Of a DNA stretch of 64,000 nucleotides, positions 8,873 to 17,148 are shown piece by piece. The stretch is from Verrucomicrobiia bacterium (GTDB lineage: Bacteria; Patescibacteriota; Saccharimonadia; Saccharimonadales; JAGQNK01), in the NCBI GenBank assembly GCA_035489575.1, contig DATHJY010000004.1, positions 27,483-91,482 of the forward strand, read 5' to 3'. The position numbers and the translations under genes are program-made. The notes beneath the pieces are model-generated. The model was not told the origin of the DNA, did no database searches, and worked only from the letters and a program-made list of their open reading frames with translations. Each line of letters begins with the position of its first letter. Within the stretch, counting starts at the first letter, position 1.

Positions 8873-9033
8873 GAACCCATTTTATGTCCTCCCTCCAGCC
8901 TCAAACTATTCTGGTGGCACCCTTTGCCAGTTTTGCTTGTCGGTGTACTGCCGGTACGCCTTCGCACAAAACTGGCAAACTGCACTCACCACGATAGCTT
9001 TCGCTTAACAGAAGGAGGATATAAAATGGGTTC
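8873..9033 (+). promoter_or_regulatory. structured 5' leader RNA, copy 1 (RBS/start-sequestering; unassigned class)
   Basis: 20-bp closing helix 8873-8892 / 9014-9033 (one G-U) that contains the SD GGAGGA (9014-9019) and the ATG (9026). Inner 13-bp helix 8923-8935 / 8967-8979 and hairpin 8942-8960. Homologous to 26742-26904, with compensatory changes. Confidence 0.55.
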
Positions 9034-10087
9034 TGTGAGTTCCGCACTTGACGATCTAAAATACATTCATGAGCGTGATGCGCATGATGCTCTGGGGGTG
9101 GCGGAAAAGCAATGGCAGCAATTGCAGCAGGATTATGACCTTGGTGATTGGCAACCTTCACAGACGGTAGCTAATATTGTCCACTCGGGTATGGGCGGAT
9201 CAGCACTGTGGGCGCTTCTGAGCACCAGCTGGCCTGGCTACTCTGTACCGTTTGAAGTAGTCAGGGGCTACGATGTGCCCGCTTACGTAAACGAACACAC
9301 ACTGTTTATTGCCTCTAGCTATTCCGGCAATACCGAGGAAACACTGTCCGCACTCGCCCAGGCCGAAGAGAAAAAGGCGCAGATTGTTATTATCACATCT
9401 GGCGGCAAGCTAGCCGAGATTGCCACGCAAAAGAATTACCTGCTTATTGCACTGCCCAAAATTGATAAACCGCGATACGGGGCACTCTACGGCCTCAAGG
9501 GGATTGTAGCCTTGGCCGAGAAATTGCAACTGGCTGTCCAGCCCAATGCAACCGCCACCCTGAGCCAAGCGGCAGATTTCTTGCAAAACGAAATTACCCA
9601 GTGGGTGCCCATTGTTCCGGCTGCCAAGAACCAGGCCAAACAGCTGGCCCAAGAGCTTATGGGTAAGTCACCGGTTATGTATGGTGGTCCCTTGCTGGCC
9701 CAGGCAGCTCACAAGTGGAAGATCAGTTTTAACGAAAATGCCCAAAACGTCGCCTGGGAATATGCCTTTCCTGAGTTTAATCACAATGAATTTACGGGTT
9801 GGACATCTCACCCCGTTGATAAACCCTACGGAGTTATCTATTTGCGTTCCTCGTATGACAATGATCGTATCAAGAAGCGATTCGACCTGAGTGACAAACT
9901 GCTCAGCGGTCGCTGGCCGTCGCCTTTGCAGGTAGAGGCTAAGGGCGAAACACCCCTGCAGCAACTGCTGTGGACCGTTGCGCTTGGAGACTTTGTGAGT
10001 TTGTATCTGGCGCTGCTCAACGGTGTGAACCCCATTGAGGTTGGTGACAAAGATATCATTGAGCGCTTCAAGAGGGAGCTGGCATGA
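9026..10087 (+). CDS. bifunctional phosphoglucose/phosphomannose isomerase family (SIS domain) protein
   Basis: Start set at ATG 9026 (GAAGGAGGA upstream). SIS-type motifs GMGGSA and SYSGNTEET, with a PGI/PMI-type C-terminal half. The upstream part of ORF 8924-10087 is the leader RNA. Confidence 0.8.
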   Translation: MGSVSSALDDLKYIHERDAHDALGVAEKQWQQLQQDYDLGDWQPSQTVANIVHSGMGGSALWALLSTSWPGYSVPFEVVRGYDVPAYVNEHTLFIASSYSGNTEETLSALAQAEEKKAQIVIITSGGKLAEIATQKNYLLIALPKIDKPRYGALYGLKGIVALAEKLQLAVQPNATATLSQAADFLQNEITQWVPIVPAAKNQAKQLAQELMGKSPVMYGGPLLAQAAHKWKISFNENAQNVAWEYAFPEFNHNEFTGWTSHPVDKPYGVIYLRSSYDNDRIKKRFDLSDKLLSGRWPSPLQVEAKGETPLQQLLWTVALGDFVSLYLALLNGVNPIEVGDKDIIERFKRELA

Positions 10088-10530
10088 GCGATAGCTACGA
10101 CCCTAAGCAGTTTGACACATCGACCTTTTCGCAAGAACCTTATGTCCGGCGCATAGAAAAGCCTTGGGGCTATGAGTTGCACTGGGTGCCCGAAGGAAAG
10201 CCTTACATGGGCAAGATAATGCATATCAATAACGGTTGTCGACAGAGTATGCAGGCGCATGATGCCAAGCAAGAGACCTATCTCATTATGAAGGGTCGGG
10301 CTGCGGTCCTGTGGGAGAATGACAAAGGCGAACTTACTACAACCGAGCTAAAGCCTGGCTTTGGGTATACGACTTGTATTGGCCAAAGGCACCGCCTTAT
10401 AGGCATTACAGACTGCGATATCTTGGAAGCCTCAACACCAGAGATGGGGACAACATGGCGGTTGGAGGACGACTACGAGCGCCCCGATGAAACCCCAGAG
10501 CAACGAGACAAAGAACGCGCCGGCCAATAA
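10084..10530 (+). CDS. cupin-fold protein, mannose-6-phosphate isomerase type II-like
   Basis: ATGA start/stop overlap with the upstream gene. Cupin signature EKPWGYELHW...G.R.S.Q.H....E.Y....G. Confidence 0.65.
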   Translation: MSDSYDPKQFDTSTFSQEPYVRRIEKPWGYELHWVPEGKPYMGKIMHINNGCRQSMQAHDAKQETYLIMKGRAAVLWENDKGELTTTELKPGFGYTTCIGQRHRLIGITDCDILEASTPEMGTTWRLEDDYERPDETPEQRDKERAGQ

Positions 10531-10579
10531 AAACAGGAAACTGTTATTATAGAAGTAGTAATAGGGGAGTTACTATCTA

Positions 10580-11146
10580 ATGGACACAAAATTATTATTT
10601 ACTCGTGTACTCGAGCAAGTTACCGAGTGTGTACTAACGGCGGAAGTAAAACAGTTTGGCAACGCCACGCCTTGTAGCGAATGGAACCTGGGGCAGCTGC
10701 TGAACCACATGGTATATGAACTGCTGTGGATACCGGACTTGCTAGAGGGCAAGACGGTAGCAGAAATAGGCACCAAATACGACGGGGACGTACTGGGCGA
10801 CCGGCCGCAAGCGGCTTGGCAAGACGCCGCCGACGCCGCCCAGGAGGCGGTCAACAAGGCGGACCTAGCAGGCAAGGTACATTTGTCTGGTGGCGATAAA
10901 AAATCCCAAGATTACATTGCCGAAATGGCCATGGAAGTACTGGTTCATGGGTGGGATGTATCGCAGGCGTTGAATTACTCACTGGTGTTTGATCCTGGTA
11001 TCGCTCAGGCGGTCTATGACAATACATTGCCCCAAAAGGATCAGCTGCAGGCGGATGGCTCGGTTGGCCCAGAGATAGACGTACCGGAAGATGCGCCAGT
11101 TGAGGTAAAATTGCTAGGAATTATGGGGAGATCGGTAGGGTCATAA
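10580..11146 (+). CDS. DinB/MDMPI-N-like (TIGR03086-like) metal-binding protein
   Basis: The N-terminal pattern (PCSEWNLGQLLNHMV) resembles the mycothiol-maleylpyruvate-isomerase N-terminal/DinB_2 family as I remember it. Confidence 0.55.
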   Translation: MDTKLLFTRVLEQVTECVLTAEVKQFGNATPCSEWNLGQLLNHMVYELLWIPDLLEGKTVAEIGTKYDGDVLGDRPQAAWQDAADAAQEAVNKADLAGKVHLSGGDKKSQDYIAEMAMEVLVHGWDVSQALNYSLVFDPGIAQAVYDNTLPQKDQLQADGSVGPEIDVPEDAPVEVKLLGIMGRSVGS

Positions 11147-11147
11147 G

Positions 11148-11879
11148 GTGGGCTTAGGTGTCACGGATATAGCCAGCTTGGGAACTATTTTGGGGGTATG
11201 GGCTCACCCTGATGACGAGACTTTTTGCATGGGCGGGCTCATGGCTCTGGCCGCCGCCAATGGCCAGACGGTGGTGTGTATCACTGCTACCAAGGGCGAG
11301 GCGGGTAGTCAGGATGCAACTCGTTGGCCTCTCGACACTTTGGGTGGCACACGGGCCATCGAATTAACTACGGCCCTACAGATACTAGGCGCCAAGCATC
11401 ATCATTGGCTGCGACATGCCGATGGTGACTGCAGCCACGCAACTGACGAGGCCGCTCTGGCGGAGCTCATGCCGTTGGTAGAAAAGTACCAGCCAGACAC
11501 CATTATCACCTTTCCGCCCGACGGCCTGACTGGCCACGAAGACCACAAGGCAGTGTGCCACTGGGCGGGGCTGATTGCCGCTGCGGCCAAAAAGCCACCC
11601 CAAGTGTACTACGCCGTGAATACCACAGACGAAGCAAGCTACTTAAAAGAACTAGACGATAAGTTCAACTTTTTCTTCAATCTCGATCAGCCGGTTTTGC
11701 ATGACAAGGCCACCTGCGACATGGTGCTGGACTTGCCGCCAGAAATCTTTGATAAAAAATACCGCGCTTTTCAGGTTATGCCGTCACAATACGAGAACTT
11801 ATTACAAAGTTATCCTAAAGACTATCTGGCCCACGCCTTTGGTAGGGAGTCTTACATCTTGGCCAGTAAATTTAAATAG
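11148..11879 (+). CDS. PIG-L/LmbE family deacetylase
   Basis: GTG start 2 nt after the previous stop. Diagnostic AHPDDE motif (VWAHPDDETFCMGG) and a later HEDH (GLTGHEDH). Confidence 0.8.
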   Translation: MGLGVTDIASLGTILGVWAHPDDETFCMGGLMALAAANGQTVVCITATKGEAGSQDATRWPLDTLGGTRAIELTTALQILGAKHHHWLRHADGDCSHATDEAALAELMPLVEKYQPDTIITFPPDGLTGHEDHKAVCHWAGLIAAAAKKPPQVYYAVNTTDEASYLKELDDKFNFFFNLDQPVLHDKATCDMVLDLPPEIFDKKYRAFQVMPSQYENLLQSYPKDYLAHAFGRESYILASKFK

Positions 11880-12423
11880 GCTTGTCGCGGATACCGGCCA
11901 GATAGCCGATGTAGACCGACAGCAGGTGTGCGCTCAGCCAGACGATCAGTACAAGCAAGTACTTGCCAAGTGATAGCTGCACGACAGGCAGGCTAAACAG
12001 GCAGCCGCCGATGATATAGTCGGTTTGGTCAAAAGGGAACCAACTGTCACCAGGTGCAATACGGCGTTGTCGCTTGAAAAAGCTCTCTAACACGTCGGCC
12101 AGCAAGGCGCCGGCCCCAAGCAGTGGTCCGAGTAGCCACACACTTGTCGGGCGATAGTCAAACCAGCTGTGTTCGAGCGCCCACAGGCTGTGGGTGAACA
12201 GATATTTTTGCAAGCCGATGATGAGAGTAGCCAGCACGATACCAGCTATCAGGCCACGCCACGTCTTGTTGGCGCCAAACAGCCGGGTGCCTTTGTAGCT
12301 TCGGCCGCCGTCCATCGGACTCTTTAAATGCTTGAGGGCCGGAAGTTTGGCCGCAAACACCGGTGCGGCATTGGCCACCCCAGCCGGCAAAAAGAACCAC
12401 AGGGCAGATACGATGCTATCCAT
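11872..12423 (-). CDS. CarS-like CTP-transferase (CDP-archaeol synthase / DUF46 family)
   Basis: Start at ATG 12423 (MDSIVSALWFFLPAGVANAAPVFA...). The pattern P.G.AN..PV...L......P.D.G......R.FG.NKTWRG matches the CarS family as I remember it. Multi-TM. 8-nt overlap with the upstream PHP gene. Confidence 0.6.
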   Translation of the reverse strand: MDSIVSALWFFLPAGVANAAPVFAAKLPALKHLKSPMDGGRSYKGTRLFGANKTWRGLIAGIVLATLIIGLQKYLFTHSLWALEHSWFDYRPTSVWLLGPLLGAGALLADVLESFFKRQRRIAPGDSWFPFDQTDYIIGGCLFSLPVVQLSLGKYLLVLIVWLSAHLLSVYIGYLAGIRDKPI

Positions 12424-13078
12424 GCTGTTTTCCTGGGAGTATCTTTTTGCGGGTGCGGTGATACTTGGGGTACAACAGGGCCCGAATGCCCGGCCGGTCC
12501 GTGACATGTCTGGCGCTGGCTAATTCGTGTAGTAACGTGCTGGCGGTTGGTAGTTTGCTAACAGTGGTATAGGTAGCCCCCAGGCCATGGTAGCCGTGGG
12601 CGTCACTGCTTGCCGCGCCAGCTCGTTGGTTCAGGCGGGTCCAGACCACTGCCTGTTGGCTCCGGTTCTGGAAGAACGCCCGGCCATTACAGATCTCTAC
12701 GATGTCTATGTGTTCAACCAGGTCGTCAAGCATGTGGGGGCCCAAGCCCTTGCGCATAGTCTCGAAGGGGTGGGGAATATAGACCAGTCCGCTCTGATCA
12801 TGGATGGCATGCATAGTATCAGCTGGGCTGAGGCCGGCTGGCACCAGCTCTTGCAGAAACAGGCCGATAATCTCGCCCTCGCTGCTCATGATTTCTTCGC
12901 CCACGATGATAGCCTCGCCCAGGGTGTTGTGCATGTGCTTGGCAAACCCTACCTGGTTATGGTCGGTGATGGCGACGCAATCCAGCATGCCGGATTTGAG
13001 GGCCTTTATGTACTGAGCCTCAGATATGCCGCCATCTGGCGACGCCACGGAGTGGGTGTGTAGATCTATCTTAATCAT
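12416..13078 (-). CDS. PHP-domain metal-dependent phosphoesterase
   Basis: Start at ATG 13078 (MIKIDLHTHS...SPDG, ITDHN, SSDAHG motifs). ATGA overlap with the upstream gene. The N-terminal extension in the ORF track (13079-13360) lies in another frame of the transferase gene. Confidence 0.75.
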   Translation of the reverse strand: MIKIDLHTHSVASPDGGISEAQYIKALKSGMLDCVAITDHNQVGFAKHMHNTLGEAIIVGEEIMSSEGEIIGLFLQELVPAGLSPADTMHAIHDQSGLVYIPHPFETMRKGLGPHMLDDLVEHIDIVEICNGRAFFQNRSQQAVVWTRLNQRAGAASSDAHGYHGLGATYTTVSKLPTASTLLHELASARHVTDRPGIRALLYPKYHRTRKKILPGKQHG

Positions 13079-13722
13079 TTCAGTACGGCAATAATGTTTC
13101 GCAAGCGTTCTAGGGCGGTGAGCCAGGCCAGTACGGCAATAGCTGCCACAACATACAACAACCAACCGGTGAGTAATCCAAGAATGATCAGCACCATGCG
13201 GATCTCGAAACGCAACAAACCACTGCGAAAGGTCTGATTTATGGTGTGTTTGTGTCCCTTGGCAGCCAGAATAGCCTCGCCCCATGCGTTGACGTAACTG
13301 ACCAAGATGGATCCACCGCACGCTGCGGCTGCCACGGCCGCGATGGTTGCAGGCTGCCACGGCAGGCTGCTGCTTTGGCTTACTAGTAGGTAGGCAATGC
13401 CGATGTACAGGATGATCTCTTTCATGCGATCAGTGGTAGAATCCAGCAGCATGCCCACGCTGCTTTCGCGTTTTTGCAAGCGAGCCAGCTCGCCGTCGAG
13501 CGTGTCGAATAATCCAAAGACAACCAGTAGCCCGGCAGCCCACACCGGCGAATCTTGGGCAATCAACCATGCAATAGGTATATGCATACATAGCCCAACA
13601 ATGGTAACGGTGTTGGGACTGAGCTGCCCGCCGCTGACGTTGTTAAGCCCCTGGGCGATTGGTCGTACGACTCCTTTGACGAGTTTTTTGCACTGATCCA
13701 AAAAGGAATTGATTGGTTGCAT
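13075..13722 (-). CDS. CDP-alcohol phosphatidyltransferase family protein
   Basis: Motif D-G-x2-A-R-x8-G-x3-D-x3-D read directly: DTLDGELARLQKRESSVGMLLDSTTDR. Multi-TM. Confidence 0.85.
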   Translation of the reverse strand: MQPINSFLDQCKKLVKGVVRPIAQGLNNVSGGQLSPNTVTIVGLCMHIPIAWLIAQDSPVWAAGLLVVFGLFDTLDGELARLQKRESSVGMLLDSTTDRMKEIILYIGIAYLLVSQSSSLPWQPATIAAVAAAACGGSILVSYVNAWGEAILAAKGHKHTINQTFRSGLLRFEIRMVLIILGLLTGWLLYVVAAIAVLAWLTALERLRNIIAVLK

Positions 13723-13809
13723 TGACCCCTATTTTATAGAGAATTTGCCGCCAGGGCCAGTCCACTCGTTTTAGGGTCTCTCCTCTGGACTGATATACTA
13801 GGAGACATA

Positions 13810-14493
13810 ATGGCCTCGAAACAACGAGTGGGAGCGAGTTATACCAAGGTGGCACAGGCGCTGCTGATATCTAATGCTGCTTGTTTATTTTTGTTTTTAT
13901 TGCGCTCGATCGAGTCAGATAGCAGCCGCTACTGGTTTCTGATCTGGAACTTGTTCTTGGGCTGGCTGCCGCTGTGGTTTGCCTGGTGGCTGAGCCGCCG
14001 TCTCAAGAAGGGTAGTTGGTCGCGGCCGGCCAGTGTCATTCTGGCGTTCCTGTGGGTGGGTTTTTTGCCCAACAGCTTTTATTTGGTGAGCGACTTGATA
14101 CATTTGCATGCCACGGGTGAGGTGAGCTTGCTGTATGACGTAGTGATGTTCAGTTTGTTTATTTTTAACGCCTACGTGGCTGGGTTCTTGAGCCTGTACT
14201 TGGTCCACCGCGAACTCCTGAAACGGCTGACACGGTACCAGGCCCACACGGTGGTGAGTGGTGTGCTGCTGGTGTGCTGCTTTGCCATCTACTTGGGCCG
14301 CAGCTTGCGTTGGAATACTTGGGATGTGTTGATCAATCCGGCTGGTCTGTTGTTTGACGTGTCAGATCGCATTATCAATCCCGGCGCCCACCCCCAGGCC
14401 GTCGTGACCACGGCAACTTTCTTTATCTTGTTGGGCAGTATGTACACGGTTATTTGGCAGTTAGTGCAAGCCCTCCGAGCAGACAACCGCTAG
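13810..14493 (+). CDS. polytopic membrane protein, DUF1361-like
   Basis: Several TM segments. WNLFLGWLPLWFAW and FLPNSFYLVSDLIHL resemble DUF1361 signatures as remembered. Confidence 0.5.
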   Translation: MASKQRVGASYTKVAQALLISNAACLFLFLLRSIESDSSRYWFLIWNLFLGWLPLWFAWWLSRRLKKGSWSRPASVILAFLWVGFLPNSFYLVSDLIHLHATGEVSLLYDVVMFSLFIFNAYVAGFLSLYLVHRELLKRLTRYQAHTVVSGVLLVCCFAIYLGRSLRWNTWDVLINPAGLLFDVSDRIINPGAHPQAVVTTATFFILLGSMYTVIWQLVQALRADNR

Positions 14494-14527
14494 ATTTCTC
14501 TATTAAACAGGGGTAAAATAGAAGCAA

Positions 14528-16195
14528 ATGAAGCTGGACTTACAAGACGCCGTAGAAGTGGCGAGCAAAGAAGTGTTCGGTGTCGACGTGCAGGTGGTTC
14601 TGACACGGCCGGACGAACAATTTGGTGACTATGCCACCAATGTGGCTTTGCAATTGGCCAACAAGCTCAAGAAGAACCCGCGAGAAGTTGCCGAGGCTCT
14701 GGCTGACTATTTGCGCAAAAAACTGGAAACAACAGTCAGCGACATAGCGGTGGCCGGCCCGGGCTTTCTGAACTTTCGCCTGCAAGACAGCGGTTTGTGG
14801 CAGCTGGCCGAGACGCCACCAGCAAAGCGCCTGGCTGGCCAGAAGATTGTGGCCGAGTATTCTGACCCTAACCCTTTTAAGGTGCTACATGCCGGACACC
14901 TGTATACCAGTGTGGTAGGTGATGCTGTTGCTAATTTGTTAGAGCAGGCCGGGGCGGCAGTGCACCGTGTCAATTTTGGTGGTGATGTTGGACTGCACGT
15001 GGGCAGATCTATGTGGGCTATCGTGGGACGGCTGGACGGCGAACACCCCGAGAAACTGAATGATGTACCAGAGGACAAGCGGGCTGAATGGATGGCCGAG
15101 GCTTATGTGCAGGGAACCCAGGAGTACGAAGAGAGCCAGTTTGCCAAACAGGAGATCATCAAGCTGAATAAGCGAGTGTATCAGCTGCATACTGACAACG
15201 ACCACCAGTCGCCTTTTGCACAAATCTATTGGACGACCCGGCAGTGGAGCTATGACTATTTTGATAAGTTTTATGATCGTATTGGGAGTCACTTCGAACG
15301 CTACTATCCAGAGAGCACTGTTTCTACTATTGGCCTAGAGACTGTAAGGGGTCACATTGGCCAAGTATTTGAAGAGTCCAAGGGCGCCATTGTGTTCAAG
15401 GGCGAAAAATTTGGTCTGCACACGCGAGTATTTATCAATTCCGAAGGCATCCCCACCTACGAGGCCAAGGATGTTGGGCTGATTATGCAAAAATGGGAAG
15501 ACTATCACTTTGATCGCTCTGTGGTGATCACAGGTAATGAGCAGTTGCAATACATGGAGGTTGTCCTAAAAGCAGTAGAGCAGTTTGCGCCAGCCTTGGC
15601 CCAGGGCACCACCCATATGACGCATGGCATGGTAAAGATGAAGGGCGGGGTAAAGATGAGCTCACGCAAGGGCAACATCTTGCGCGCAGTCGAAGTGCTC
15701 GATGCGGCTGCCGTGGCCAATAAAACCCTTACCGGTAACGAGGACGAGCAGGTGGTGCTAGCCGCCGTTAAGTACGCTTTTCTCAAGCAGCGCCTGGGCG
15801 GTGACATTATCTATGACCCAGAAGAGTCGGTGGCTATCGAGGGCAATTCTGGCCCCTATATCCAGTATGCCCATGCCCGGGCTCGGAGCATCTTGGCTAA
15901 GGTCAAAGATCAGTCGACCGCTCACGATGGGCCGCTGGAAGCCGATGAGCGCAGTCTGCTGCGAAAAATCAGTGAATACCCAGAGGTCACCCAGAAGGCT
16001 ACGGACGAGCTCATGCCGCATCATATCTGTACCTACTTGTATGAATTGGCCCAGACCTTTAACCGATTTTATGAAAAAAACCGGGTGCTGGATGATCCGC
16101 GCCAGGCTATTCGTCTGCAGCTGGTCAGTGACTACGCAAAGACACTTAAAAATGGCCTGAGCCTACTCAGTATCGACGCTCCCAGCAAAATGTAG
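14528..16195 (+). CDS. argS: arginine--tRNA ligase
   Basis: 555 aa with a class I HIGH-type motif (LHAGHLYT), the KMSSRKG variant of KMSKS, and an ArgRS-type N- and C-terminus ending in M. Confidence 0.95.
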   Translation: MKLDLQDAVEVASKEVFGVDVQVVLTRPDEQFGDYATNVALQLANKLKKNPREVAEALADYLRKKLETTVSDIAVAGPGFLNFRLQDSGLWQLAETPPAKRLAGQKIVAEYSDPNPFKVLHAGHLYTSVVGDAVANLLEQAGAAVHRVNFGGDVGLHVGRSMWAIVGRLDGEHPEKLNDVPEDKRAEWMAEAYVQGTQEYEESQFAKQEIIKLNKRVYQLHTDNDHQSPFAQIYWTTRQWSYDYFDKFYDRIGSHFERYYPESTVSTIGLETVRGHIGQVFEESKGAIVFKGEKFGLHTRVFINSEGIPTYEAKDVGLIMQKWEDYHFDRSVVITGNEQLQYMEVVLKAVEQFAPALAQGTTHMTHGMVKMKGGVKMSSRKGNILRAVEVLDAAAVANKTLTGNEDEQVVLAAVKYAFLKQRLGGDIIYDPEESVAIEGNSGPYIQYAHARARSILAKVKDQSTAHDGPLEADERSLLRKISEYPEVTQKATDELMPHHICTYLYELAQTFNRFYEKNRVLDDPRQAIRLQLVSDYAKTLKNGLSLLSIDAPSKM

Positions 16196-16197
16196 GA

Positions 16198-17007
16198 CTA
16201 CCAAACATCCGGATCATCATCACTTGGCTTGGCGAATGGCATTGGTGCTTCGCCAGGGTCTCCGGCAAGTACGGGGTTATTCTGAGGCCTTTCATATGTA
16301 GGGTGTTCATCTTGGTACAGTGACTCCACGGAAATGTCTGTATCACCAGCCTCATTGGTTTGCTGTGTGAATACCGCAGGGGCTTCGTCCCAGGAAAGGA
16401 AGGTAACCTCGGGGTGGCGCTCGCGGAGGATATCGAGCGTTGAGGCATACTCTTCACCGGTCACTACGTATGAAATGCCATCAGCTGCGAGCTTTTTGTC
16501 CTTTTCGGCAACCACAATGAATCCTCCCGAGGTAAGTGGCCTGTCGGCACCTACTGCGCTCCCATTTTCTGGGTCATCGATAAATCCCATTGAATAAAGC
16601 ATGGGTTTGTCTGGATCGATCCCTCCTGTCAGCAGCCTATCAAGCGCTACTACGGGGTCGTATTTGTTGGCTATGCCGTGAGCGTCATAGTGTGTACCTA
16701 CTTCTGAGGGTGTGTGGGTCAGTGCCCAGCCCAGGCCCTCGCCACCGGCGTGTACGGGTAGGTGTCCTAGCCCAAGCTCTTCCCCCACCTGTCGCAGTGT
16801 ATCTACTCTTGCAAACCCAATGGCTGCTAATTCAGGATCGGCATAGCTTGTTTCTTGTTGCCAGTCTGGGTACTGTCTATTTAAGTCCTCTACGGTAAAT
16901 TGTTCCACCGTGTCATAGGTGGGGATGGGAACGGGCTTATCAAGTAAATCCTCAGCCCCCTCGGCGGGACCGAGGTCAGTTGGGTTAGGGTGTGGGCCTT
17001 CAATCAT
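16198..17007 (-). CDS. hypothetical acidic protein
   Basis: 269-aa ORF with its own promoter at 17044-17072. No family recognised. Confidence 0.5.
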   Translation of the reverse strand: MIEGPHPNPTDLGPAEGAEDLLDKPVPIPTYDTVEQFTVEDLNRQYPDWQQETSYADPELAAIGFARVDTLRQVGEELGLGHLPVHAGGEGLGWALTHTPSEVGTHYDAHGIANKYDPVVALDRLLTGGIDPDKPMLYSMGFIDDPENGSAVGADRPLTSGGFIVVAEKDKKLAADGISYVVTGEEYASTLDILRERHPEVTFLSWDEAPAVFTQQTNEAGDTDISVESLYQDEHPTYERPQNNPVLAGDPGEAPMPFAKPSDDDPDVW

Positions 17008-17043
17008 TTTTTTATTTCGCGCTGCGCTGCATTTAGTAATTTT

Positions 17044-17072
17044 ATATTAGCACAAATATATTAAAAAGTCAA
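17044..17072 (-). promoter_or_regulatory. sigma70-type promoter
   Basis: On the reverse strand: TTGACT (17072-17067), 17 nt, TAATAT (17049-17044). Nearly identical over ~29 nt to the promoter at 20410-20438. Confidence 0.5.
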
Positions 17073-17148
17073 TTATCGCTCTCTGTATGTCCCGCTTGTG
17101 AGCGAGGGGGTGTACAATCAATGTACGCGGTTTTAGAAGGAGTATCAC

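Noticed and set aside
8905-8925. Resemblance of CTGGCGG/CTGGTGG in the leader to ZTP (pfl) or T-box core sequences
   Set aside because: The residue that would be invariant differs between the two copies. The rest of those consensus sequences (CCGCCTGGGC for ZTP; AGGGTGGTACCGCG-type T-box) is absent, and no aaRS or purine gene is downstream.
8770-8997. Short ORFs translating the repeated leader (MSSLQPQTILVAPFASFAC... and the N-terminal 51 codons of ORF 26753-28648) as a conserved peptide
   Set aside because: Similarity between the two copies is at the nucleotide level. It survives indels that change the reading frame, and the paired regions show compensatory changes. Conservation is therefore RNA-structural, not protein-coding.
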